Below the pieces are notes generated by a model. The model searched no databases and was not told where the DNA came from. It worked only from the letters and a program-made list of their open reading frames with translations. The position numbers were made by a program, and so were the translations under genes. From Deltaproteobacteria bacterium (GTDB lineage: Bacteria; Myxococcota_A; UBA796; UBA2385), in assembly GCA_018401435.1 (NCBI GenBank), contig JAGYJW010000024.1, positions 33,122-97,121 of the forward strand: a stretch of DNA of 64,000 nt, written 5' to 3'. How positions within the stretch are numbered: the stretch's first letter is position 1; the number at the start of each line of letters is the position of its first letter. This document shows positions 51,137 through 60,927 of this stretch, piece after piece.

Positions 51137-51967
51137 ATGAAGCTCAGCCGCCTTGTTCCCGTCTCCGCGCTCCTTCTCACCGCTTGCGGTGACTTCAAGC
51201 TGCCCTTCGGGGACGACGAAGACAAGGCCGAAGAAGGGGTCGCATCCAAGGTCATCGAGGCCCCGCCCACCCCCATGGGCCTCTTCGTGACCAGCGCCAC
51301 CATCAACGTGATGACCGTCAAGGACGGCGAAGTCGAGGTGCCGGGTCGCTTCACCGACGCCAAGGGCAAGTTCAGCTTCGACGACGGCGCCTTGCAGCAG
51401 GGCCTGGCCGGCGCGCTGACCATCAACCTGGGCAGCTGGGACTCCGGCCTGGAGCTGCGCGACACCCGGGTCAAGGACCTCTTCTTCCAGGTGGTGCAGC
51501 ACCCCACCGCCACCTTCACCCTCGATGGCATCGACGGCGTCCCCGCCGAGGGCGTCGCCATCGGCCACGAGGTCGAGGCCACCGCCACCGGCACCCTCTA
51601 TATGGGCGGCTCCAACACCGGCGTAGAGGCCAGGGTCAAGCTCAGCCGCTCGGGTGAAAAGGAGTTCCACATCGACACCTTGGAGCCCTTCGTGGTCTCC
51701 ATCGAATCCGTGGGCATGGTCGAGCCCCTCAAGGAGCTGATGCGCGTCTGCGAGCACAAGAGCATCGACGACAGCGTCAAGGTCAGCGTGCGCTTGGACC
51801 TCGGCCCCGAAGGCGTGGCCCCCGAAGCCGCCCACAACGGCGAAAAGGTGGCCCCCAAGCCCCGCCCGCGCACCGGCATCCGCGGCAAGGTCAGCAAGCC
51901 GGCCAAGGGCGGCAAGCAGGTCCTCAACGACGACGCCAAGTCCGGCAAGGTCGGCGGCTCTCGCTGA
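51137..51967 (+). CDS. YceI-like domain lipoprotein with a Lys-rich tail
   Basis: MKLSRLVPVSALLLTAC lipobox. SWDSGLELRDTRVKDLFFQVVQHPTATFTL resembles the YceI core. Alternative start at ATG 51125. Confidence 0.6.
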   Translation: MKLSRLVPVSALLLTACGDFKLPFGDDEDKAEEGVASKVIEAPPTPMGLFVTSATINVMTVKDGEVEVPGRFTDAKGKFSFDDGALQQGLAGALTINLGSWDSGLELRDTRVKDLFFQVVQHPTATFTLDGIDGVPAEGVAIGHEVEATATGTLYMGGSNTGVEARVKLSRSGEKEFHIDTLEPFVVSIESVGMVEPLKELMRVCEHKSIDDSVKVSVRLDLGPEGVAPEAAHNGEKVAPKPRPRTGIRGKVSKPAKGGKQVLNDDAKSGKVGGSR

Positions 51968-52003
51968 TCCGGCCCTGGCCGCCCTCAATCCAAGGACCTC
52001 CCG

Positions 52004-52405
52004 TTGATCACCGGCTTCTTGCACCTGCACAAGGCCCTGGCCTACCTGATGTTCCTGGTGGCCCTTGCCGACGTCATCCTGGCGTTGACCGCGGCCCGCA
52101 GCGACCCGCGGGCGGCCAATGTGCTCCGGTGGGCCCACACCCTCGGCCTGCTCATGGCCGGGCGCGTGTCCCTGGTCGTCGGCCTCACCCTGTGGGTGCA
52201 GCTGCCCTATGGCGTCGGCACGCCCTGGATCTGGTTGAGCCTGCTCTTGTGGGGTCCCATCGAGGTCGCCGCCAAGCGCCTGGTGGCCCCTGAGCTCAAG
52301 GCGGTGGCTGACGGCGGCACCGCGAGCGGTCGGCTGCTGGGTGGCGTGGGCATCGAGCTGCTCTGCGTGGTGCTCATCTTCGGGCTCATGTCCGTCCGCC
52401 CCTGA
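52004..52405 (+). CDS. small integral membrane protein
   Basis: Four hydrophobic segments. TTG start preceded by AAGGA. High GC3. Confidence 0.45.
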   Translation: MITGFLHLHKALAYLMFLVALADVILALTAARSDPRAANVLRWAHTLGLLMAGRVSLVVGLTLWVQLPYGVGTPWIWLSLLLWGPIEVAAKRLVAPELKAVADGGTASGRLLGGVGIELLCVVLIFGLMSVRP

Positions 52406-52485
52406 GCCCTCCTCGTCGCCGCGCTGCCTTTGCAGCGGCCCGCGCCCCACTCCTGGCCCCGCGCACCTGCCCCTGCTGAGGATTC

Positions 52486-53898
52486 ATGTCGACCAAGCTG
52501 CTGACCCCGGAGCGCTGGACCCCTTGGGGGGAGGCCGCGCTCCGCATCCCCGATGGCCGCACCGCCATCATCTGGCAGGGCATCCCCGGCGAGCGCGCTT
52601 GGATCACCCCCACGGGCGCGGGCAACAACCAGGTCCATGGCCGCTGGTCGGGCGCGGACCACCCGCACCCCCACCGGCGCGACGCCCCGTGCCCCAAGGT
52701 CTCGGCCTGTGGGGGCTGCCCCCTCATGCACCTGGATCTGCCCGGCCAGCACCAGGCCCGGCTGTCCATGCTGCGGGCTGCCCTGGATTTTGAGCAGGTC
52801 GAGGTGCCCTTGCCCCAGACGGTGGTGCCTTCGCCCGATGGCGACGAGCACTACCGCCATGTCGCCAAGCTGGCCGTGGGCTTTGCCCCCAGCGGCGAGA
52901 CCCGCCTGGGCGCCTTCGGGCGCGGCACCCACCACGTCGTGCCCATCCCCGGCTGCAATGTCGTGACGCCCACCCTGGCCAAACTGATGAGCGTGGTGGC
53001 CCGCGGGGCCCGCGATCTCGGCCTGCGCCCCTTCGAGGTGGAGACCGGCCGCGGGGATCTGCGCCATGTGGTCATGCGCCAGAGCCGCAAGGACGGGCGG
53101 GTCATGATCACCCTGGTCACGGGCCGCGGCGGCAAGCTGCCCCGCGAGCTGGCCGAGCGCATCCAGGACCAGGACGGCGCGGTCACCGGCGTGGCCATGC
53201 ACGTCAACGAACAGCCCGGCAACGCCATCTATGCGGCAGAGCCGGGCGAAGCCCCCGGCTTCACCCGGCTGACGGGCACCCCCCTCCTCGAAGAAGAGCT
53301 GGCCGGCGTGCGCCTGCGGGTGGGCCCCGGCGACTTCTTCCAAGCCAACCCCGGCACCGCCGACCGCATCGCCCGGGACCTGGTGGCGCTGCTCGCCCCC
53401 TGGCGCAGCCACCCGGTGGTGGACCTCTACTGCGGGGTGGGCAGCTTCACCCTGGTGCTCGCCCAGGCCCATGGCTGGGCCTTTGGCGCCGAGGTGGTGC
53501 CCGGCGCGGTGGATCGCGCCCGCGACAATGCGCTGCTCAACCACATCTCCGCCGAATTTGCCCATGGCAAGGTGGCCGATGTGCTGCCCGAGATGAAGCG
53601 CCGCACCGAGGGGCAGGGCCCCGTGGTGATGGTGGACCCGGCGCGCCGGGGCCTCGAAGACGGCGTGATCGAATCCATCGAAGATCTGCAGCCCGCGGCC
53701 CTGGCCTACCTGTCCTGCAACCCGCGCGCCCTGGCCCGCGACCTCGCCATCTTCACGCGGCGCGGCTGGACGGTGCGCAGCCTGCAGGCCTACGACATGT
53801 TCCCCCAGACCGCCCACCTCGAGACCCTCAGCCTGCTGCTGCCGCCTTCGGCTCCCAAGGTCACCCGCCGCGCCCCCCAGCGCCGACGGGTGCGCTGA
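52486..53898 (+). CDS. TrmA/RlmD-family RNA (uracil-C5)-methyltransferase
   Basis: Cys cluster CPKVSACGGCPLMH. FFQANP, SAM motif VVDLYCGVGSFTL, catalytic region YLSCNP, and C-terminal DMFPQTAHLE. Confidence 0.8.
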   Translation: MSTKLLTPERWTPWGEAALRIPDGRTAIIWQGIPGERAWITPTGAGNNQVHGRWSGADHPHPHRRDAPCPKVSACGGCPLMHLDLPGQHQARLSMLRAALDFEQVEVPLPQTVVPSPDGDEHYRHVAKLAVGFAPSGETRLGAFGRGTHHVVPIPGCNVVTPTLAKLMSVVARGARDLGLRPFEVETGRGDLRHVVMRQSRKDGRVMITLVTGRGGKLPRELAERIQDQDGAVTGVAMHVNEQPGNAIYAAEPGEAPGFTRLTGTPLLEEELAGVRLRVGPGDFFQANPGTADRIARDLVALLAPWRSHPVVDLYCGVGSFTLVLAQAHGWAFGAEVVPGAVDRARDNALLNHISAEFAHGKVADVLPEMKRRTEGQGPVVMVDPARRGLEDGVIESIEDLQPAALAYLSCNPRALARDLAIFTRRGWTVRSLQAYDMFPQTAHLETLSLLLPPSAPKVTRRAPQRRRVR

Positions 53899-53942
53899 AG
53901 GGACGCCGGCCGGTCCTCCTCCTCCCTGGTAGACTGTGCCGC

Positions 53943-55448
53943 ATGTTGCCCTCCTTGGCCCTGCCCATCTTCTTGACCCTTCCCACGGCGTCGGCCCAGT
54001 CGCCCGCCAAGGGATCCACCGTGCTGGTCTCGCCTTTTCAGGCCAAGACCCGCGCCGCCTCCAGCACGGCCACGTCGCTGACGATGCAGGTGCAGCAGGC
54101 CTTGTCCGAAGTGGGCGGGCTCGGTGTGACCGCGGTGGACAGCCTGCCGCCGGTCTCCGAGATGCGCGCGGCCACCTATGCCGCCACCTGTCCGCCAGGG
54201 CAGTTCGTCGGCTGCGCCTTCGTGCTGGGCGATGCCGGCGAGGTCTCGGTGACGGTGGCCGCGGCGGTCGAGACCGTGGCCGGGCGGCACCGGGTCGAGG
54301 TCCATATCATCGATATGGACCGCAGCGAAGACGTATTGGCTTTTGACGCCGACTTTGACGCCGGCGACGAGGCGGGCTTTGCGACCGCCCTCGCCCGCCT
54401 GGTCTCCGCCGTGGTGCGGGGCGAGGCCGGCCTCAAGCAGGACATCCGCGCCAAGGTCGATCCCACGGCCAACGAGCGCGCAGAACGCGAACGCACCGTC
54501 GCCAACGCCCAGCTGGACGCCTTGTCCAGGGAGATCGGCGGCTCCTCGGATGTCACGGGTCTGGAGAAGCGCCAGATCACCCGAGAGAAGCTCAGCCTGG
54601 AGGCCATGGCCGAGGGTCTGGACGCCGAGGGCAGCAAGCCCTGGGAGCGCCTGGACATGACCGTCAACGAGTATGTGCGCTACCACAACTCGGGCCTATC
54701 CTTGCCGGAGTGGCGAAAGCGCGCTGCTGGACGTCGCCTTCAGGTCATCATCCGAGGCGCCATCGGCTATGGCCGGGGGCCCTTCAACGGGCAGTATTAT
54801 GCCTTGCAAGCCCGGGCGGCCGACAACCTCGAAGTGGTCGAAACCTACGCATTTCAGACCGCCAATGCCGGCAATGGCGTGGGCTGGGAGGCCACCGGCG
54901 CCTTCGGCATCACCCCGACCCTCGAGGTGGGCCTGCGGGTGGGCGGGGCCTCGGGCCGCTTCGAGCTGCAGAGCTGGAGCCTCACCGAAGGCCAGGACGG
55001 CCGCGTGCCCGACCCCTTGCAGACGGGCAATTCGGTCTGGCATGTGGGGCCCCAGGCCCTGGTGGCCTTGATGCCCACCTCGTCGGTGCGCCCGGTCGTG
55101 GGCGGCGAATTCGACTACTGGAAGGGCACCGGCGTGGACAGCCACGTGGACCAGCTCGACCCGGACCTGCCCCGCTTCAAGGCGCCATGGCTGCTGAGCG
55201 TGGGCGGCCGGGTGGGGGTCGAGGCCCGCATGGGCAACAACCTCGATCTCTTCTTGCATGTGCCCATCAGCGTCATCGTGGCGGGCAAAGAGGTCGCCCG
55301 CTCCCACGAGGGCTCGGGCTACCTCGCACCCTTGGAGCAGCCGCCAGCGCTGGCGCCCTTCGGCGCCGCCATCCAGGTCGGCGTCCAGACCCGCTTCTTG
55401 GGTGGAAAGCAGGCCAGGCCCAAAGAGACCTTCGACGAGCCGATATGA
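53943..55448 (+). CDS. secreted protein, possibly an outer-membrane beta-barrel in the C-terminal half
   Basis: Signal peptide MLPSLALPIFLTLPTASA. The C-terminal half has alternating-hydrophobicity strands (GVGWEATGAFGITPTLEVGLRVG, LLSVGGRVGVEARMG, GAAIQVGVQTRF). Confidence 0.5.
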   Translation: MLPSLALPIFLTLPTASAQSPAKGSTVLVSPFQAKTRAASSTATSLTMQVQQALSEVGGLGVTAVDSLPPVSEMRAATYAATCPPGQFVGCAFVLGDAGEVSVTVAAAVETVAGRHRVEVHIIDMDRSEDVLAFDADFDAGDEAGFATALARLVSAVVRGEAGLKQDIRAKVDPTANERAERERTVANAQLDALSREIGGSSDVTGLEKRQITREKLSLEAMAEGLDAEGSKPWERLDMTVNEYVRYHNSGLSLPEWRKRAAGRRLQVIIRGAIGYGRGPFNGQYYALQARAADNLEVVETYAFQTANAGNGVGWEATGAFGITPTLEVGLRVGGASGRFELQSWSLTEGQDGRVPDPLQTGNSVWHVGPQALVALMPTSSVRPVVGGEFDYWKGTGVDSHVDQLDPDLPRFKAPWLLSVGGRVGVEARMGNNLDLFLHVPISVIVAGKEVARSHEGSGYLAPLEQPPALAPFGAAIQVGVQTRFLGGKQARPKETFDEPI

Positions 55449-55461
55449 CCCGGGGGGCGCC

Positions 55462-55674
55462 TCAGCCCTCCATCCTGGCGCTGAGGCGCTGCGGACCGGT
55501 GAGGTCGGGGATCAGCGTCTCCATCAAGGATGCGGGCAGCAGGCCCCGCTCGATCTGCGCCTTGAGCAGACCGGCTTGGTGTTGCCGCTTGAGTGCTTGC
55601 ACATAGAGGCGGCGGGCCTCCGGATCGAGGGGGGCCTCTGCGCGCTTACGAATGAGCAGGTTGAGTTCCGACAC
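55462..55674 (-). CDS. small hypothetical protein downstream of the sigma factor
   Basis: 70-aa ORF, 47 nt after the sigma-factor stop on the same strand. No motif; helical and basic. Confidence 0.3.
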   Translation of the reverse strand: MSELNLLIRKRAEAPLDPEARRLYVQALKRQHQAGLLKAQIERGLLPASLMETLIPDLTGPQRLSARMEG

Positions 55675-55721
55675 CAGGGCTCCGGCGGGGGGCGGGACCG
55701 CATGTCCGTCCCCCTCGCAGC

Positions 55722-56462
55722 TCAGGAATCGGAACGAAGCATCCGATGGTTGAGCCGCTTGATTCCCTGGCCCCGGAGCTGGCAGGCCCGGGATTCGGTG
55801 ACGCCCAGCACCGCGCCGACCTCGCGCAGGTTCATGCCCTGCATATAGTAGAGGGTCACGGCCACCCGCTCCTTCTCGGGCAGGTTGGCGATGTGGTAGG
55901 CCAGGGCGTCGCGGTCCTGGCGGTTGATGAGCCCGTCTTCGATGGCGGGGTCCTCGCCGCCCAGGCTCTCGATCAGCGGGCTGCTGCCCTCGTCGGAGGT
56001 GGGCGCGTCCAGGGACACCTTGCGCCGGATCTCGGCGTCGCTGTTGAACTTCTCGAACTCGGCGGGGGTCAGGTCCATGGCCGAGGCCAGCTCGTCGTGG
56101 CTGGGGGGCCGGCTCAGGCGCAGGGTGAGCCCGTGGCGCGCGTCTTCGATGCGGTTGGCCTTGCGGCGGACGCTGCGGGGCACGTGGTCCAGCTCCCGCA
56201 GGAAGTCCACGATGCTGCCGCGAATGCGCATCTCGGCGTAGGACTTGAAGGTGGTGCCCCGCTCGTCATCAAAGCGCTCGATGGCGTCGATCAGGCCCAG
56301 CACGCCGACCTGCACCAGCTCCTGCAGCTCCACCGAGGGGGGCAGGCGACGGGTCAGCCGGCCGGCGATGGTCCGCACCAGCGGATAGTACTGGAGGATC
56401 ATCTCCTGGCGGTGATCGTGGGCGGGGCTGGTCGGGTTGTGCTGGGCGATGAGAGCGGGCAT
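55722..56462 (-). CDS. RNA polymerase sigma factor, FliA/WhiG (sigma-28) family
   Basis: Region 2 YYPLVRTIAGRL...LVQVGVLGLIDAIERFD...FKSYAEMRIRGSIVDFLR. Region 4.2 LREVGAVLGVTESRACQLRGQGIKRL. Confidence 0.8.
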   Translation of the reverse strand: MPALIAQHNPTSPAHDHRQEMILQYYPLVRTIAGRLTRRLPPSVELQELVQVGVLGLIDAIERFDDERGTTFKSYAEMRIRGSIVDFLRELDHVPRSVRRKANRIEDARHGLTLRLSRPPSHDELASAMDLTPAEFEKFNSDAEIRRKVSLDAPTSDEGSSPLIESLGGEDPAIEDGLINRQDRDALAYHIANLPEKERVAVTLYYMQGMNLREVGAVLGVTESRACQLRGQGIKRLNHRMLRSDS

Positions 56463-56762
56463 GGTGGGCAGCCTCCGGGGCGCGGGTCGTACGCCAGAGA
56501 GCTATTCAAGATGCGTGCCAACCCTCTCCCTTGGCTCCCGGGCACCCCTCCACGGCCTTCTCGGGCAGGCCCCCCCCCACAAAGCGTATGCGCCTCGCTA
56601 CGATCGTACGGCCGCAGATACGGGCCCGTAGCCGCGCGCAGCCGGCTTGCATCGCAGGCGCGGGTCGCAGGCGCCCTTCCATGCTAGGGGACGGCTCCCG
56701 GTCGCTGGCACCTGAGCCCTCGGCCGGTCTCGCGTTGTCACCCTGGATGGACCCTCTCCCCC

Positions 56763-59123
56763 GTGACGCAGCACAAACCAGGACTCTTCGGGCGCATTGC
56801 GGCCTCGACCATGGACCACCCCCGCCGGTGGACCCTCATCCTGTTGGTGCTGACGGTGGTGGCCGGGCTCATGGGCAGCCGGCTGACGATCAAGCCCAAT
56901 ATGTTGGAGCTGCTGCCCCAGAAGGACCCGACCGCCCAGGCCATCCGCAAGCTCAACGACGAAGAGGGCGGGACCAACCTGCTCACCATCGCGGCCCAGG
57001 GTGACGATCCGGCGGTGCTCGACGCCTTCATGGTGGACCTCGCCCAGCAGATGTCGGCGATGCCCGAGGTCGAGTATGCGCTCTATGACCTCGATCCCGA
57101 CCTCACCTGGCGCCTGGGCCTGCTGCAGCTGGACACCGACGAGCTGTCCACGCTGAAGGCCCGCATCGCGGGGGCGGTGGCCCTGGGGCCTGCGGCCACC
57201 AACCCCTTCATGGCCTCGCGGCTGCTGGATCTCGGGCCCCTGACCGACAAGCTCAAGGCCCGCCCCAGCCGCGCCATCTTCCCCTCCAAGGAGGGCACCG
57301 CGCGCCTGCTGGTGCGGCCCCGCGGCTCCGCCTTCGACCCGGGCTTCACCCGGCCCTTCATGGCCCGGGTCCACGCCATGCTGGACGCCGCCGACGCCGC
57401 CGCGCCCGGGGTCGAGGTCGTGTGGGTGGGCGGCGCCTACCGGCATGGGGTCGAGGATGTGGAGAATATCCGCAAGGATCTCGGCCGCACGGCGCTGGTC
57501 AGTCTGGCGCTGGTCTTGGGGCTCATCGCGGCCGCGTATCGGGATCTGCGCGCCATCCTGCTCATCTTCGTGCCCCTGGTGGTCGCAAATATCTGGGCGA
57601 CGGGCTTTGCTTTCCTCAGCCTGGGCACCCTGAACACCTTCACCAGCTTCTTTCCGGCCATCTTGATCGGCCTGGGGGTGGACTTTTCGATCCACCTCTA
57701 CGCCCGCTACCGCGAAGAGCGGCTGATCACCGACAAGCTGCGCGACGCCGTGATCCGCGGCTGGGATCGCGCGGGCCCGCCCTCGCTGACGGCGGCCCTG
57801 ACCTCGGCCGGCGGCTTCTGCGCCCTGTGGGTCGCCGGTTTTCGGGGCTTCCGCCACCTGGGCACCATCCTGGCGGGGGGCGTGCTGCTCTGCCTGCTGG
57901 CCGTGCTGTTGATATTGCCCATGCTGATTCAGCTGTTGGACCGCAAGCCCCTGTCGGCGGCGGCACGGGCCGCAGCCGAGCGCGGGCGGGACAAGGCGCC
58001 TTACCGCCGCTCCCCCTGGGTGCTGGGCGCCTTTGCGCTGCTGACGATCGGCGCTGCCACCCAGATCCCCAAGGTCACCTTCGAGACCGATCTCTCCGAG
58101 CTTCGGCCCGCGGGCCTGTCCTATGCCGACCTCAACCCGGTCGAGCGTTCCATCGCCGAGAGCAGCTATTCGCCGGTGGTGCTCAGCTATGCCGACGATG
58201 CCACCCTGGCGTCGGAATTCACCCGGCTGAGCGCGGCGGTCGCCAACCAGCAGGTGCCGCATATTTCGGGCCTGCTGAGCGTTCACACCGCCATCCCGGT
58301 GGACCAGGACGCGCGGCTGGCCCTGCTGCGGGACATCGCCGAGCTGGCCCGCGACGACAACGTGCGCTTCTTGCCCATGGCCGTGCAGGAGAACCTCAAG
58401 CGCATCGCCCAGGCCGATCTGCGGCCCATGACCCGCGACGACCTGCCGGACTCCTTGCGCCACATCCTGGGGGCCGCGCCGGGCCGCTACCGGATCTTGC
58501 TGGTGCCCACCGACAATATGTGGGATCTCAAGCAGAACGTCGAACTCTTCAACGGCATCCAGGAGTGGGCCCCCAACGCCGCCCCGGCCGGCGAATACCT
58601 CGCCCTGGCGGTGCTGGCCGAGCTGGTCAAGGACGATCTGCCACGGGTTGCCGCCATCGCCTTGCTGGTGGTGCTGCTGATGACCTGGCTGGACCTGCGC
58701 AGCCTGCCCCGGGCGGTGGGCGCGGTCCTCGCCCTGTCCGCCGGCATGTCCTGGGCGGCGGCGGCCATGGTGTCCTGGGATATCCGCCTCTCCCTCGTGA
58801 ACTTCGTCGGCGTGCCCATTCTCATGGGGATCGGCGTGGATGTGGTCATCCACCTGATGCACCGCATCCACGAAGAGGGCCCGGGTGGGGTCAAGCGGGC
58901 CCTGGCCACCACCGGGGTGGCCTCGGGTCTGAGCACGGCCACCACCGTGATGTCCTTTGCGGCCCTGTCGGTGGCCGAGGCCCGGGGCGTGCGGGGGCTC
59001 GGCCTGCTCATCGTGGTGGGCCTCAGCCTGGTCACGATGACGGCGCTGGTAGCGGTGCCCCTCGGCTTCATGACCGCCTGGCGCCGTCGCGCGCCGGCCC
59101 CCCCGGACCCGCCCGAGCCCTGA
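56763..59123 (+). CDS. MMPL/RND-superfamily membrane transporter
   Basis: Two blocks of TM helices, each preceded by a large loop. GVDFSIHLYARYREE and GIGVDVVIHLMHRIHEE are MMPL-type repeats. 786 aa, GTG start. Confidence 0.75.
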   Translation: MTQHKPGLFGRIAASTMDHPRRWTLILLVLTVVAGLMGSRLTIKPNMLELLPQKDPTAQAIRKLNDEEGGTNLLTIAAQGDDPAVLDAFMVDLAQQMSAMPEVEYALYDLDPDLTWRLGLLQLDTDELSTLKARIAGAVALGPAATNPFMASRLLDLGPLTDKLKARPSRAIFPSKEGTARLLVRPRGSAFDPGFTRPFMARVHAMLDAADAAAPGVEVVWVGGAYRHGVEDVENIRKDLGRTALVSLALVLGLIAAAYRDLRAILLIFVPLVVANIWATGFAFLSLGTLNTFTSFFPAILIGLGVDFSIHLYARYREERLITDKLRDAVIRGWDRAGPPSLTAALTSAGGFCALWVAGFRGFRHLGTILAGGVLLCLLAVLLILPMLIQLLDRKPLSAAARAAAERGRDKAPYRRSPWVLGAFALLTIGAATQIPKVTFETDLSELRPAGLSYADLNPVERSIAESSYSPVVLSYADDATLASEFTRLSAAVANQQVPHISGLLSVHTAIPVDQDARLALLRDIAELARDDNVRFLPMAVQENLKRIAQADLRPMTRDDLPDSLRHILGAAPGRYRILLVPTDNMWDLKQNVELFNGIQEWAPNAAPAGEYLALAVLAELVKDDLPRVAAIALLVVLLMTWLDLRSLPRAVGAVLALSAGMSWAAAAMVSWDIRLSLVNFVGVPILMGIGVDVVIHLMHRIHEEGPGGVKRALATTGVASGLSTATTVMSFAALSVAEARGVRGLGLLIVVGLSLVTMTALVAVPLGFMTAWRRRAPAPPDPPEP

Positions 59124-59873
59124 TCAGGCGTTGAGCACCTTGCGCACCAGGGTGCTGGTGAAGGCGTGGCCCTCGACAAAGGCCAGCCGCACATCGTGGG
59201 GGCCGCGGGCCACCCGCATGCGCACCACCTCGCCTTGCTCCACCCCGTCGCAGACGGCGCGCACCGGCCGCCGCTCGGGCACATGGGCCACGATCTCCAC
59301 CACCGAATCCAGGGGCAGCACCATGGGGGAGAGGCGCGGGGCGTGGGGGGCGATGGGCGTGATGTGCAGCGAGGGCACCAGGGGGTGGCAAGGCACGCCG
59401 CCCGCCGAGTAGCTGTAGGCGGTCGATCCCAGGGCGGTGGCCACCACCAGTCCGTCGCAGACCAGCCGGCCCACGGCCTCTTCGCCATCGACGCGCAGCG
59501 CGAGGTGGGCGGTCTGCCCGCTGGCCCGCTCCAGGTAGAGATCGTTGACCGCGTCGGCTTGCTTGACGCTGCCGTCCTGGGTCCAGGCCTGCATCTGCAG
59601 CCGGGGGAAGCGGTGGGCCCGGTAGCGGCCCTGGGCGATGCGCTGGAAGAGGTCGGGGTAGTCGTCTGGGTCATTGAGCAGAAAGCCCAGTCGGCCTGCG
59701 TTGATGCCCAGGTAGGTCAGCTCGGGCCCGTTGTCTCGGATGCTCTGCAACATCCAGCCATCGCCACCCAGCACCAGGGCGAGGTCTGCGGGCAGCGCCC
59801 CCAGGTCGATGCAGCCTGCCAGCCTGTCGGCCAGGGCGGCCGCCCTGGGGTTGCGTGGATCGACGCAGATCAT
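59124..59873 (-). CDS. nadK: NAD(+) kinase
   Basis: LVLGGDGWML (GGDG), NAGRLGFL, DGLVVATALGSTAYSYSAGG. Confidence 0.85.
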   Translation of the reverse strand: MICVDPRNPRAAALADRLAGCIDLGALPADLALVLGGDGWMLQSIRDNGPELTYLGINAGRLGFLLNDPDDYPDLFQRIAQGRYRAHRFPRLQMQAWTQDGSVKQADAVNDLYLERASGQTAHLALRVDGEEAVGRLVCDGLVVATALGSTAYSYSAGGVPCHPLVPSLHITPIAPHAPRLSPMVLPLDSVVEIVAHVPERRPVRAVCDGVEQGEVVRMRVARGPHDVRLAFVEGHAFTSTLVRKVLNA

Positions 59874-59944
59874 GGCGCACGCTATCCCACTTCGCCCCGG
59901 TGATCGCCGGGGGCCCGGGCCGGGCGGCCCAAGGGAGCGGGCCC

Positions 59945-60757
59945 ATGCGCCTGATCAAGAGCCACGGCCTCGGAAATGATTACCTGGTGCTGGACTCCGG
60001 TGAGGCGCTCACGGCGGCCACGGTGCGCTGGCTCTGCGACCGGCACCGGGGCGTCGGCGGAGATGGGGTGCTGGAGCCCATTCCCAGCGAAACGGCCGAC
60101 TATGGGCTGCGAATCTGGAATCCCGACGGATCCCTTGCCGAGAAGTCCGGCAACGGGCTGCGCATCTTCGCCCGCTGGCTGGTCGATCACCGGGGGGCCC
60201 CGTCGCGCCATCGGGTGGAGGTGGCCGCGGGCGTCGTCACCAACGAGGTGCACGCCGACGGCGAGGTGAGCGTCGAGATGGGGCCCCCCAGCTTTGCCTC
60301 CGCCGATGTGCCCTGCTTGCAGTCCTGGCGCGACAGCCCGGTGGACCTGGGGCCCCACCGCCTGCGCCTGACGGTGGTGGGCATGGGCAACCCCCACTGC
60401 GTCGCCTTTTTCGCTGAGGACACCGATCTGGACGCCCTGCCCTGGACCACTTGGGGGCCGGCGCTCGAGACCCACCCCAACTTCCCCAACCGCAGCAATG
60501 TGCAGTTCGCCGCGGTGCGGGCCCGGGATCGCGTGGACTGCCGCATCTGGGAGCGGGGCGCGGGGCCCACCCTGGCCAGCGGCTCTTCGGCCTGCGCGGT
60601 GGCCGCCGCCGCCCAGCTGCTGGGCCGGGCCGACCCCGCCCTGTGGGTGGAGATGCCGGGCGGGCGCTTGCGGGTCACGGCCGGACCGGGCGGGCTGCTG
60701 CTCCGCGGGCCGGTGCAAGAGGTCGCGATGGTCAATTGCAGGCCACCTTCGGCCTGA
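59945..60757 (+). CDS. dapF: diaminopimelate epimerase
   Basis: KSHGLGNDYLVLD, NPDGSLAEKSGNGLR (Cys-to-Ser variant of the first catalytic motif), VGMGNPHCV, ERGAGPTLASGSSACA. Confidence 0.8.
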   Translation: MRLIKSHGLGNDYLVLDSGEALTAATVRWLCDRHRGVGGDGVLEPIPSETADYGLRIWNPDGSLAEKSGNGLRIFARWLVDHRGAPSRHRVEVAAGVVTNEVHADGEVSVEMGPPSFASADVPCLQSWRDSPVDLGPHRLRLTVVGMGNPHCVAFFAEDTDLDALPWTTWGPALETHPNFPNRSNVQFAAVRARDRVDCRIWERGAGPTLASGSSACAVAAAAQLLGRADPALWVEMPGGRLRVTAGPGGLLLRGPVQEVAMVNCRPPSA

Positions 60758-60870
60758 CCTCGCGCGGCGCCCTCGACCGGCGCCCCGACCTGGGCTAGCG
60801 CAGGGGATGCGCCGTTGACAGGGCCGAGAGGGACGGGCATCGTCCTTCGGTCCACCGCCAGTTTCGCCGC

Positions 60871-60918
60871 GCCCTGCCCTAGGCCCTGCCCTACACCCTG
60901 CCCTACACCCTGCCCCGG
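60871..60918. repeat. four tandem 12-nt units (G/A)CCCTGCCC(T/C)(A/G)(G/C)
   Basis: gccctgccctag gccctgccctac accctgccctac accctgccccgg, ending 9 nt before GTG 60928. Confidence 0.85.
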
Positions 60919-60927
60919 ATACAGCTC

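Noticed and set aside
56700-56725. TGGCAC at 56706, considered as a sigma-54 promoter and as a palindrome or IS-target remnant (GCTGGCACCTGAGCCC resembles the right flank of P1 and the 9-bp IS target)
   Set aside because: The spacing to a TTGC -12 element is wrong: TGGCAC-N5 is followed by CCCT. Only a 9-15-nt resemblance exists with no inverted partner, which is too short to distinguish from chance in GC-rich DNA.
60758-60927. Possible cobalamin riboswitch, or a TTGACA (60826) promoter, upstream of the B12-radical-SAM genes
   Set aside because: No B12-box-like core (GCCACTG context) or conserved riboswitch helices could be recognised. The -10 partner of the TTGACA is poor (CATCGT). Neither is supportable from sequence alone.
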